DNA of 26,474 bases from an uncultured Candidatus Saccharibacteria bacterium (GCA_964395555.1 CAYNAL010000018.1:1-26474), one strand, 5' to 3'. Shown: positions 10,267 through 17,639, counted from the stretch's first letter. Numbers and translations: made by a program. Notes: generated by a model from the sequence alone, not told the origin.

Positions 10267-10927
10267 GAGGGTCTTCTTGGGTTATCAACCCAATAGAGAT
10301 AATATCATTATCATTGGCACATAAATATGGAAGCTGATTGTGAGTAAATTCGACGATTTCTTTAGTCTTTTTATCTTTCCATTTTTTCCCGATATTTTTT
10401 ATAAGCTCTGATTCTTCTGTTTTTATTTCAGATAAACTATTTTTTGCGCCTGCCCTAGTTTGTGATATCAACATGGCACCATCTGTTGTTTGCTCTATCT
10501 CAATCTGCCCATTTTCATATAACTCATCTAAAATACGAAAATATGAATCTGCTACAGGGCCATATTGAATCTTTCTGTATTGCATCCCACTCATGCTCTG
10601 TAGATGATAATAAAACCAACCTGCATCTGCAAGGTACATCAATTTCGCAAGTTTTGTTTTTGAAATATTTTTCTCCGTTCTTAAAAAAGCCAGCATCATT
10701 TGTTTGTACTTTTCATAATTAGGAGACTCTCCTCCTTCAAGTTCATTAAAAGAAATACCTAAAATACTGGACAATTTTTTAAATTCTCCAATAGTTAGCT
10801 CCCTTTTGCCCTGCTCAATACTAATATATGATGAGCGAGAAATACTTAATTTTGAAGCTAAATCAAATTGAGAAAACCTTTTTTTTAATCTCGCTTCTTT
10901 AATCAATTTTGCATATTTAATAATCAT
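10253..10927 (-). CDS. XRE-family HTH fused to a Panacea (DUF4065/SocA-like) antitoxin domain
   Basis: N-terminal Cro/CI-type HTH (LIKEARLKKRFSQFDLASKLSISRSSYISIEQGKR). The C-terminal domain has TKLAKLMYLAD, YGPV and EFTH motifs typical of DUF4065. Confidence 0.85.
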   Translation of the reverse strand: MIIKYAKLIKEARLKKRFSQFDLASKLSISRSSYISIEQGKRELTIGEFKKLSSILGISFNELEGGESPNYEKYKQMMLAFLRTEKNISKTKLAKLMYLADAGWFYYHLQSMSGMQYRKIQYGPVADSYFRILDELYENGQIEIEQTTDGAMLISQTRAGAKNSLSEIKTEESELIKNIGKKWKDKKTKEIVEFTHNQLPYLCANDNDIISIGLITQEDPHEYY

Positions 10928-10933
10928 ACTTCC

Positions 10934-10961
10934 ATTATAGATAGAAATGTCAAAAAGTCAA
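10934..10961 (-). promoter_or_regulatory. Promoter of the HTH-Panacea operon, probably leaderless
   Basis: Minus strand TTGACT, 16-nt spacer, TATAAT, then only 6 nt (GGAAGT) before the ATG at 10927. Confidence 0.65.
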
Positions 10962-10966
10962 ACACA

Positions 10967-10989
10967 TGATGTCAATTATATTGACATCA
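10967..10989. promoter_or_regulatory. Perfect inverted repeat, candidate operator
   Basis: TGATGTCAAT-TAT-ATTGACATCA, 10-bp arms with a 3-nt spacer. Confidence 0.65.
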
Positions 10990-11109
10990 GCTTGAGTATT
11001 AAAATCCAAAATAAGCATAATAATATATTAATTTAAAAATATAACAGATTATTTGATCTAAATTGACAATATTGTAAAAATGCTTTTTTATGCTATCATA
11101 TATAATAAT

Positions 11110-11610
11110 ATGACCAAAGTTATGTCTCCCACAATTAACGAACGTGTATATAAAAACGCCGTTCTATATTTTATAAAATACTGTAATAACCAGTATTTAC
11201 ATGCCACAAAGTTAAACAAACTTTTGTATTATCTTGATTTTGTATATTTTCGCGATCACAAAAAATCAGTTACTGGCGATATATATATACATCAAGGATA
11301 TGGTCCTGTGCCGTCACGTATAGATGAAATATTAACAAAATTAAAGATTGATGGAATAATCAATACCGAAGCCGTTGATTACAAAGACAGTGAAATAATA
11401 GGTTTTAAAATCAAAAATTCAAAAAAATTAGATGAATCAGTTTTTTCTGTTAATCAGAAAAAACTTCTTAAACAAATTTGTGACGAATTCGGAGATTGGC
11501 CGACCGAAAAAATCGTTGCCCAAGCGCATTTAGAAGCACCTTGGTTTTATTCTAAACCTTATGAAATCGTAGATTACGCTTACGCACGTGATATCGATTT
11601 TTTTAGGTAA
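11110..11610 (+). CDS. Stand-alone Panacea (DUF4065/SocA-like) antitoxin
   Basis: ATKLNKLLYYLDF, GYGPVP and AQAHLEAPW motifs. ATG 11110 is preferred over 11080 because an extended -10 (TGCTATCAT, 11091-11099) lies inside the longer call. Confidence 0.85.
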   Translation: MTKVMSPTINERVYKNAVLYFIKYCNNQYLHATKLNKLLYYLDFVYFRDHKKSVTGDIYIHQGYGPVPSRIDEILTKLKIDGIINTEAVDYKDSEIIGFKIKNSKKLDESVFSVNQKKLLKQICDEFGDWPTEKIVAQAHLEAPWFYSKPYEIVDYAYARDIDFFR

Positions 11611-11621
11611 TCAATTACTTT

Positions 11622-12005
11622 ATGCCCTGGGTTTATATTGAACGAGAGCAATTTGTACGTATGTGTGAAAAAATTAATATTTCAACCAAGGTACAAGAAG
11701 CCATCAAACTATGGGCACCGACGGTAAGCCGTTGCGAACTTCCACGCCAGAAACTTGTATATAGATCCCCAAAGAATCATTATGAGGTCTGGGCTGCCGG
11801 CATCCCTAATCCTGATAGTAATAAAGGAAAAAGCGGAGGATATAGGATAATTTATTTTCTTAACCTTGCTGAAAACACTATTAATCTTGATTTTATAGAA
11901 GAAAGAAAAGAATTGGGTTTTAAAGATGAAGGACGTCGTAAAAAAGAAAAATACAATAATTATATACAAGAATTAAAAAAATATTTTAAAAGATTGGATA
12001 TTTAA
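11622..12005 (+). CDS. Putative RelE/HigB-like type II toxin (toxin 2)
   Basis: Lies 11 nt after the DUF4065 gene and carries the NKGKSGGYRIIYF signature of HigB-2/RelE-like toxins. Confidence 0.72.
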   Translation: MPWVYIEREQFVRMCEKINISTKVQEAIKLWAPTVSRCELPRQKLVYRSPKNHYEVWAAGIPNPDSNKGKSGGYRIIYFLNLAENTINLDFIEERKELGFKDEGRRKKEKYNNYIQELKKYFKRLDI

Positions 12006-12037
12006 AAAACAAGATTATAATCTTGTTTTTTAAATAT
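11998..12037. repeat. Perfect 40-bp palindrome, possible bidirectional terminator or junction scar
   Basis: ATATTTAAAAAACAAGATTA followed directly by TAATCTTGTTTTTTAAATAT, with no spacer. It overlaps the toxin 2 stop codon. Confidence 0.9.
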
Positions 12038-12100
12038 TTTTATAAAGCGTCTTCTGTAAAAGATTCAAAAAATGTTTCTTACAACATTTACCATACTCAC
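12032..12100 (-). pseudogene. Frameshifted 5' relic of a toxin 1 paralogue
   Basis: 12032-12081 aligns to 10198-10248 at 44/51 identity (one 1-nt gap) by manual alignment. Weaker similarity extends to a GTG at 12100, matching the toxin 1 start. Confidence 0.65.
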
Positions 12101-12138
12101 TTTGTTAAAGTATTGTACTTACTTATTAAACTAAATGA

Positions 12139-12945
12139 CTATTTTAAATCATCCAACTGCTGGCAATACTCGCTTATTCTCTTCTCACTATCTAAAATTG
12201 GCTTTAAAGATACTTCTTCAACTAGATTCTCTTCTTTGCTATATCCAAATGGATTATCTAAATCTTTGATAAAATAAATCATATAAATCAAGATGAAACT
12301 AACAAAGGAGATAAAGAAGACACTTTCATAAAATGGATCCATTTTTATAAAAATCAATCCTACTACAAGAATAAAAGTTATAATTTCTGCTATAGCATAT
12401 CCAGTGCCTAAAAATGAAGTTTCTCTGATGGTATGAATCCTGTTGATCATCTTTCTGATTGAATTTTGCTCTTGTTTTAAACGAACAATAAAATTTGCTT
12501 GCGTTTGATTTTCAAAAGCAAGAAAATCATTATTAAAAGAAAATAGTTTTTTCATTAAATTTTCAGTCCTTTCTTTTTTATAAAACCAAGCTATCAATGA
12601 TTTGTTAAATTGGGCTAATTTATGCAGATAATCCTTTGCTTCTTGGCTTTTTTTGTTTTTATAAATAATAAAGCCTTCGTCAGCCATTGTTTCCATACTA
12701 GCAGACAAATCACCGGGCAATTTTTCCCCTTCCTTGTAATCAACTAATATGCCGGATATTAAAAAACCAATTAAGAATATGTTAGCAGAGATAATAGCCG
12801 TAAATAAAGAATTCAACGCTAAAAATTCATATCCAAAATAATGAGCAGTAAATTTAAATAAAACAATAACTATCACAAAAGGAATAGTTTTTATTGCTAA
12901 TTTCCAACGAGAATGAATAGGAATTTTATTTATTATTTTTATCAT
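12139..12945 (-). CDS. Integral membrane protein, DUF4239/bestrophin-like
   Basis: Two N-terminal TM helices, a soluble helical region, a C-terminal TM pair and a terminal DLDNPF motif. ATG 12945 was chosen over 12978. Confidence 0.55.
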   Translation of the reverse strand: MIKIINKIPIHSRWKLAIKTIPFVIVIVLFKFTAHYFGYEFLALNSLFTAIISANIFLIGFLISGILVDYKEGEKLPGDLSASMETMADEGFIIYKNKKSQEAKDYLHKLAQFNKSLIAWFYKKERTENLMKKLFSFNNDFLAFENQTQANFIVRLKQEQNSIRKMINRIHTIRETSFLGTGYAIAEIITFILVVGLIFIKMDPFYESVFFISFVSFILIYMIYFIKDLDNPFGYSKEENLVEEVSLKPILDSEKRISEYCQQLDDLK

Positions 12946-13107
12946 ATTTGTTTTTAATTTAAAACTTAGCGAAAACAATGTCTTAAAATTTGAGACTGCA
13001 TAAATATTTTTATTCTATAATATAAATAAAATTATACGGAATTTAAAACAAATTTACAAACAAAACTCTATCTATTTCTATACCCCATATAGTATTTAAA
13101 GTACGAC

Positions 13108-13761
13108 TTACATTTTCCCATCCCATTCCCCAAAAAATCGATCGAGATATTCTTCCATAAATTTGTGACGGTCTTTAGCAATTACTTTAGCAGTTTTAGT
13201 ATTCATTAAATCCTTGAGCAAAAATAATTTTTCATAAAAATGATTAATAGTTGGACTTTGACTTTTAGTATATTCCTCCTTGCTAGTATGCAAAGTTGGT
13301 TTTACTGTCGGGTCATACATTAATCTATTTTTATGTCCTCCGTATGCAAAGGTTCTCGCAATACCAATAGCACCGATTGCATCTAAACGATCTGCATCTT
13401 GAACAACTTTACCTTCAAATGTAGAAGGTTCTGTTTTAACACCAGCCCCCTTAAAACTCCCTTCTTTAATAATTTGGCCAACAATATCAATCATTCCTTG
13501 TTGTGCCCCATATTTTGCAAGAATCTCTCCGGCAATTCTTGGACAGACAGTATCATCGCCATCATAAAATTTCCAATCAGCGATATCATGTAAAAGCGCA
13601 CTCAATTCAACAATAAGCAAATCTGCCTTTTCTTCTTCACCAATTCGCTTGGCCATTTTCCAGACGCGATATATATGCCACCAATCATGACCAGAGCCCT
13701 CACCTTCAAGTTTGGCTTTAACTTCTTCCGCAATTTTTAAAATTAAAATATTATTCTCCAT
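13108..13761 (-). CDS. HD-domain metal-dependent phosphohydrolase (YedJ/YpgQ-like)
   Basis: HDWWHIYRV, LLHDIAD, VQDADRLDAIGAIGIARTFAYGG and HFYEKL. Confidence 0.9.
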   Translation of the reverse strand: MENNILILKIAEEVKAKLEGEGSGHDWWHIYRVWKMAKRIGEEEKADLLIVELSALLHDIADWKFYDGDDTVCPRIAGEILAKYGAQQGMIDIVGQIIKEGSFKGAGVKTEPSTFEGKVVQDADRLDAIGAIGIARTFAYGGHKNRLMYDPTVKPTLHTSKEEYTKSQSPTINHFYEKLFLLKDLMNTKTAKVIAKDRHKFMEEYLDRFFGEWDGKM

Positions 13762-14028
13762 AAGTTCAAATCCTTTGTGGGTTAACTCATTTTTAATAAA
13801 TTCTACTTTTGAAAATATGCCATAAAATAAAAATTATTTTATGCTCGTTTTCCAAAATATTAGCGAAAAATAGTAAAGATATTAAAACATATCAGTAAAC
13901 CGCTCTACTCCGGGATGTTTATGCCTAATTCATTTTAAATACAGATAAAATAGATTGTTTTATCTCATATCGCTGATCACTATTATTTAAAAATAATCAA
14001 TTTTTTAAAATAGATTAGTAATTTTTTA

Positions 14029-14412
14029 CTATTTTGTTTGTTCTTCTAAAATTTTTTGTATTTCGGCGAATTGTTCTGATGTTAATGGTTGCTCACTTGG
14101 GGCACCAAAACTTCCACCCTCTTCAACATCAAAAGCTCGTTGAACCATAGGTTGATTCTCTTTATTAATAGGATGTAAATTGGGCATTTCAACAATAACT
14201 TGTGTAGACATTTTCCTATCATCTATATCTTCAATCTGCTCAACTCTAAAATTACAATCTTTAATATTAAAGGTAATTTCTGGATCGTTAATCCCTTTAT
14301 TTTGTTTGATACTTTCAATTATTCTCTCGGCAATACCACTTTGTACAAGTCTATCATTTGGTGACAATTTTTTTTCTTCGGGTGTATAACCACCCATTTC
14401 TATATTTTCCAT
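14029..14412 (-). CDS. Hypothetical acidic soluble protein
   Basis: 127-aa ORF with its own extended -10 (TGATATAAT near 14479-14487, minus strand). No family recognised. Confidence 0.7.
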   Translation of the reverse strand: MENIEMGGYTPEEKKLSPNDRLVQSGIAERIIESIKQNKGINDPEITFNIKDCNFRVEQIEDIDDRKMSTQVIVEMPNLHPINKENQPMVQRAFDVEEGGSFGAPSEQPLTSEQFAEIQKILEEQTK

Positions 14413-14450
14413 ATTTTTATATTAAATAATAAATTAACAATTAAGCTATA

Positions 14451-14463
14451 TCGACCTTTAAAA
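14451..14463 (-). promoter_or_regulatory. Leader motif TTTTAAAGGTCGA, copy 1
   Basis: Identical to 20617-20629 and located 38 nt upstream of ATG 14412. Confidence 0.4.
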
Positions 14464-14486
14464 TAATCATGTATTTTTATTATATC

Positions 14487-14519
14487 AAAAAACCATCTTG
14501 ATTACCAGAAAGATGGTTT
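14487..14519 (-). terminator. Intrinsic terminator after the tRNA-Arg/tRNA-Ser pair
   Basis: Minus strand AAACCATCTT-TCTGGTAATC-AAGATGGTTTTTT. Confidence 0.7.
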
Positions 14520-14524
14520 GCTAG

Positions 14525-14611
14525 CGGAGATGGAGGGATTTGAACCCCCGATCTGCTTACGCAGATACCGCATTTCGAGTGCGGCCCTTTCAACCACTCA
14601 GGCACATCTCC
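14525..14611 (-). tRNA. tRNA-Ser(CGA)
   Basis: GGAGATG acceptor stem, CCGCA-CTCGAAA-TGCGG anticodon arm, long variable arm, G73. Confidence 0.95.
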
Positions 14612-14618
14612 ATATCAG

Positions 14619-14690
14619 TGCCTCCGGGAGGAATTGAACCCCCATCATCACGTTAGGAGTGTGATGTTCTATCCGTTGAACTACGGAGGC
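14619..14690 (-). tRNA. tRNA-Arg(CCT)
   Basis: GCCTCCG acceptor stem, TCACA-CTCCTAA-CGTGA anticodon arm with one A.C mismatch, TTCAATT T-loop. Confidence 0.93.
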
Positions 14691-14770
14691 AAAACATATC
14701 TTTAATCGTAAAAATCATATCACATTTACCCTTGAAAATAAAGAATAATAATGATATGATAATTTACATT

Positions 14771-14847
14771 GGGCCCGTAGCTCATTTGGTTAGAGCGCAT
14801 GCATGGCATGCATGAGGCAAGGGGTTCGACTCCCCTCGGGTCCACCA
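14771..14847 (+). tRNA. tRNA-Ala(GGC)
   Basis: GGGCCCG/CGGGTCC acceptor stem with the G3.U70 alanine determinant, CATGC-ATGGCAT-GCATG arm, encoded CCA. Promoter TTGAAA-17-TATGAT at 14732-14760. Confidence 0.95.
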
Positions 14848-14903
14848 AAAACAATTTGTCGCTTCAGTAGACAAACAAAAATATTTGTTCTCTTTTAATT
14901 TTT

Positions 14904-15767
14904 TTATAATTTTGGTTTTGCTACTGCGATTAATCCAGCTCTTTGCCGAGTGCCAGGACCATCAGGCATTATTTCTTTATCAAATTTATCACAAAGTTCT
15001 ATAAATTCATTAAAAAGTTTTTTATTTCTTTTAACTTTTTGAATTGTTTCTATTCTGCAAAGATTAGCTAAAGAACCTAACCCGCCAACCCTTATTACCC
15101 GCATATGATTTTTTTCAAGTATTTTTTTTAATTGATTTGATGAATATGCTTTTAATGCTCCAAAATATTTTTGCTCTGTTTCTTTTGTAAGAAGATTATT
15201 GTCTTTAAACATTTTTTGATGCCACAACCCTTCGCTAAACATAGTATATACCGCTTTCATAAATTTATTTGAAACTTCTAGACTTGAATTCGTTAGAATT
15301 ACGATCAACTCAGCTAAATTTGAAACTGTGAGAATAAGAGTCTTTTTAGTAACACGACAACTTTCTTTTATCGCTTGATCTGCTTTTGAGCCAGCAAAAG
15401 AAACAGCGCCATCCATATTCAAGACCAAATCAAAAGAACGATTATGAAATCTAGAAAGATCCGTAGAATTTGCCTGAACAAAAGTAATATTTTTCAATCC
15501 TTTTGCTTTTCTTTTTGCAATTTTTAACATTTCAGAAGAAAAATCAACGTGAGTTACTGTAAAGCCTCGTTTAGCTAAAGGAATGGAAAAAGCACCAGTG
15601 GCTGCTCCTACTTCCAGTATAGTTCTTACTCCTTTTAAATGTTTTTCAATTTCACGCCAACGCAAAACACGATTGATTGATTCATCCGCTAGGTCTTTTC
15701 CCTCTTTGGACGCTTTTGCATCCCACCATTCTTTTTCTCTATTAAAATCAACTTTTATATCTTTCAT
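14904..15767 (-). CDS. Class I SAM-dependent methyltransferase
   Basis: Motif I ILEVGAATG, VTHVDFSSEML and FDLVLN. Confidence 0.9.
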   Translation of the reverse strand: MKDIKVDFNREKEWWDAKASKEGKDLADESINRVLRWREIEKHLKGVRTILEVGAATGAFSIPLAKRGFTVTHVDFSSEMLKIAKRKAKGLKNITFVQANSTDLSRFHNRSFDLVLNMDGAVSFAGSKADQAIKESCRVTKKTLILTVSNLAELIVILTNSSLEVSNKFMKAVYTMFSEGLWHQKMFKDNNLLTKETEQKYFGALKAYSSNQLKKILEKNHMRVIRVGGLGSLANLCRIETIQKVKRNKKLFNEFIELCDKFDKEIMPDGPGTRQRAGLIAVAKPKL

Positions 15768-15858
15768 AAATAAATTTAAATTATATAACTATTAACATTA
15801 TACCTCTCTTTAACATTATTGAACAATACTATATTAAAGAATCAAAATATTTAAAAAA

Positions 15859-15897
15859 CAGGCGTCTCTAACACAAATGCTCTTTTTTTGATATAAT
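15859..15897 (+). repeat. 39-bp direct repeat, copy 1, ending in extended -10 TGATATAAT
   Basis: CAGGCGTCTCTAACACAAATGCTCTTTTTTTGATATAAT, 36/39 identical to 16806-16844. Confidence 0.85.
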
Positions 15898-15952
15898 TCT
15901 TAAAATATGAATTCAAAAAACAATTTTAAATTTGTATAATTAATAAAAATAA

Positions 15953-16801
15953 ATGAATTTTTTATTCCCAATTATAGCTGCAATTCTACAAGCTAGTTCA
16001 TTTACCCTGGACAAAGTTATCTTATCAATTAAACGAGTAAATTTTAAAACATATACCGGAGTTAGTTTCCCGTTAATATTTCTTATAACATTAATAATTT
16101 TTCTTATTTTCCGTCCCCCTCTTTCATTTAATTTACTAGCTGGAAATTTATGGTGGTTATTACTCATATCAATAGGAATAAGTATTATTACTAATCTTAT
16201 CTTTTATCGCGCGCTTGACGATGATCATTTGGGAGAAATTCAAACGATTGATCTCCTACACTATATCCCCATCATTATTTTTTCGAGTCTTATTTTCTCA
16301 GATGAACGAAATTTTGCTGTAATTATCCCCGCATTTATTGCTTCTGCTGCAGTTATCTGGTCCCATTGGGATCGTAATCATTTTAAAATTGCAAAACATA
16401 CTTTGCCTTTTCTTATCTGGTCTTTATCAGCTGCCTCTATTGGCGCCCTTATTTCAAAAGTACTTCTCACAAGCTGGAATCCTATATCCCTCGAATTAGT
16501 CCGTTCTGGTACTATGGCTTTGATTTTTGGCTTGTTATTCTCTAAATATGCTAATAAAATTTCATTAAAAACATTTTTACTTTTACTCTTTACTAGTATT
16601 ATGACTTCCATTGCTTGGATATTATTCTATTTCAGCTACCAACATTCAGGAATTATTTACACAATTTTAATATTTTCTATCCAACCATTACTTGTATATA
16701 TCGCCTCTGTTCTTATTCTAAAAGAGCCTTTGCAGCGGAAAAAAGTAATCGCTTTTATCATTGTATTATTATCAATTGGGGTCGCTCAAATTATTGGATA
16801 A
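15953..16801 (+). CDS. DMT/EamA family transporter
   Basis: About 10 TM helices in two repeats, ending in QPLLVYIASVLILKEPL. Confidence 0.85.
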   Translation: MNFLFPIIAAILQASSFTLDKVILSIKRVNFKTYTGVSFPLIFLITLIIFLIFRPPLSFNLLAGNLWWLLLISIGISIITNLIFYRALDDDHLGEIQTIDLLHYIPIIIFSSLIFSDERNFAVIIPAFIASAAVIWSHWDRNHFKIAKHTLPFLIWSLSAASIGALISKVLLTSWNPISLELVRSGTMALIFGLLFSKYANKISLKTFLLLLFTSIMTSIAWILFYFSYQHSGIIYTILIFSIQPLLVYIASVLILKEPLQRKKVIAFIIVLLSIGVAQIIG

Positions 16802-16805
16802 TAAT

Positions 16806-16844
16806 CAGGTATCTCTAACGCAAATGCTCTTTTTTTGATATAAT
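16806..16844 (+). repeat. 39-bp direct repeat, copy 2, probable promoter of the 16853 gene
   Basis: CAGGTATCTCTAACGCAAATGCTCTTTTTTTGATATAAT, with ATG 16853 following 8 nt later. Confidence 0.85.
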
Positions 16845-16852
16845 ACAAAAAT

Positions 16853-17356
16853 ATGATTGCTACTGCCCATCTATTTATTGGTGCTGCCATTGGTTCCTGT
16901 GTTGAAAATCCATTTCTGGCTTTAGGATTAGGCATTGTAAGCCATTTAGCAGCTGACGCTTTACCTCACTGGGACTTAGGTAGCTTTGATAAAAAAGAAA
17001 GAAAAGAAAAATTAAAAAATTATTTAATCATTTTTTCTGATGTTATCCTGGGATCAATATTAATATTATTTTTAGCTAATTTAGCAGAAAAAGCTATTGC
17101 TCTAAATATTATTTTAGGTGCTATGGGGGCTATCTTGATAGATGTAATAGATAATTCTCCTTTCTGGAGCTACAAATTAAGGCTTCTACCTTTTTTCAAG
17201 CAAATCCATGCCTGCCATAGTTGGGCTCATCACAAAAATAAATGGCAACTACCATTTAAATATAGATTTGTAGGTTTGATTACCCAAATCATTGCTATTT
17301 TAATTTCTTTTATAGTTATTTTAAATAAATATTCGTTTTACCTTACCAACTCTTGA
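16853..17356 (+). CDS. Membrane protein, putative metal-dependent hydrolase (YdjM/DUF457-like)
   Basis: TAHLFIGAAIG and VSHLAADALPHWD His/Asp motifs within TM helices. Confidence 0.55.
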   Translation: MIATAHLFIGAAIGSCVENPFLALGLGIVSHLAADALPHWDLGSFDKKERKEKLKNYLIIFSDVILGSILILFLANLAEKAIALNIILGAMGAILIDVIDNSPFWSYKLRLLPFFKQIHACHSWAHHKNKWQLPFKYRFVGLITQIIAILISFIVILNKYSFYLTNS

Positions 17357-17405
17357 CAAATATAGTTAATATATGTTAAGGTTAGATATTAAAAAAGAAA
17401 GGAGG
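17353..17405 (+). promoter_or_regulatory. Promoter and strong Shine-Dalgarno of the 17414 gene
   Basis: TTGACA 17353-17358, TG-T-TAAGGT 17374-17382, AGGAGG 17400-17405 placed 8 nt before the ATG. Confidence 0.7.
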
Positions 17406-17413
17406 CACGATAT

Positions 17414-17629
17414 ATGATGTTGATGAGCAGAACTTCTGTTTATCAAATTCAGTCCTTATCCCCAGGAAGATACAAACTTACAAAAATAGCCCTGCTATCA
17501 GGGCGATCCTCGACAATAGATGCAGGGACATGGGAAGGGGACTGCATAACATTCAACGATAGAGGGCACATCGTCCTCTACGCAGAAGGGAAGCCCGTCA
17601 TAGAGACGAGCCAAATCGTAAACCTCTAA
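17414..17629 (+). CDS. Small hypothetical beta-rich protein (71 aa)
   Basis: Has a promoter, an optimally spaced AGGAGG and a downstream hairpin. About 46% GC by hand count (99/216). Confidence 0.75.
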   Translation: MMLMSRTSVYQIQSLSPGRYKLTKIALLSGRSSTIDAGTWEGDCITFNDRGHIVLYAEGKPVIETSQIVNL

Positions 17630-17639
17630 ACAATGGATG

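Noticed and set aside
12023-12277. 84-aa plus-strand ORF as a third gene of the TA operon
   Set aside because: It starts inside the palindrome and is antisense to the toxin relic and the 3' end of the membrane gene.
13762-14028. Intergenic stretch with short coding-like frames (GIFSKVEFIKNELTHKGFEL in frame with the HD gene; HPGVERFTDMF)
   Set aside because: There are no start codons or recognisable homology. It could be a decayed gene but I cannot support that.
8824-14611. tRNA-bounded accessory stretch as a prophage or integrative element
   Set aside because: No integrase or transposase, and I found no duplicated tRNA 3' end (att site). The similarity between the two Ser tRNAs is ordinary isoacceptor homology.
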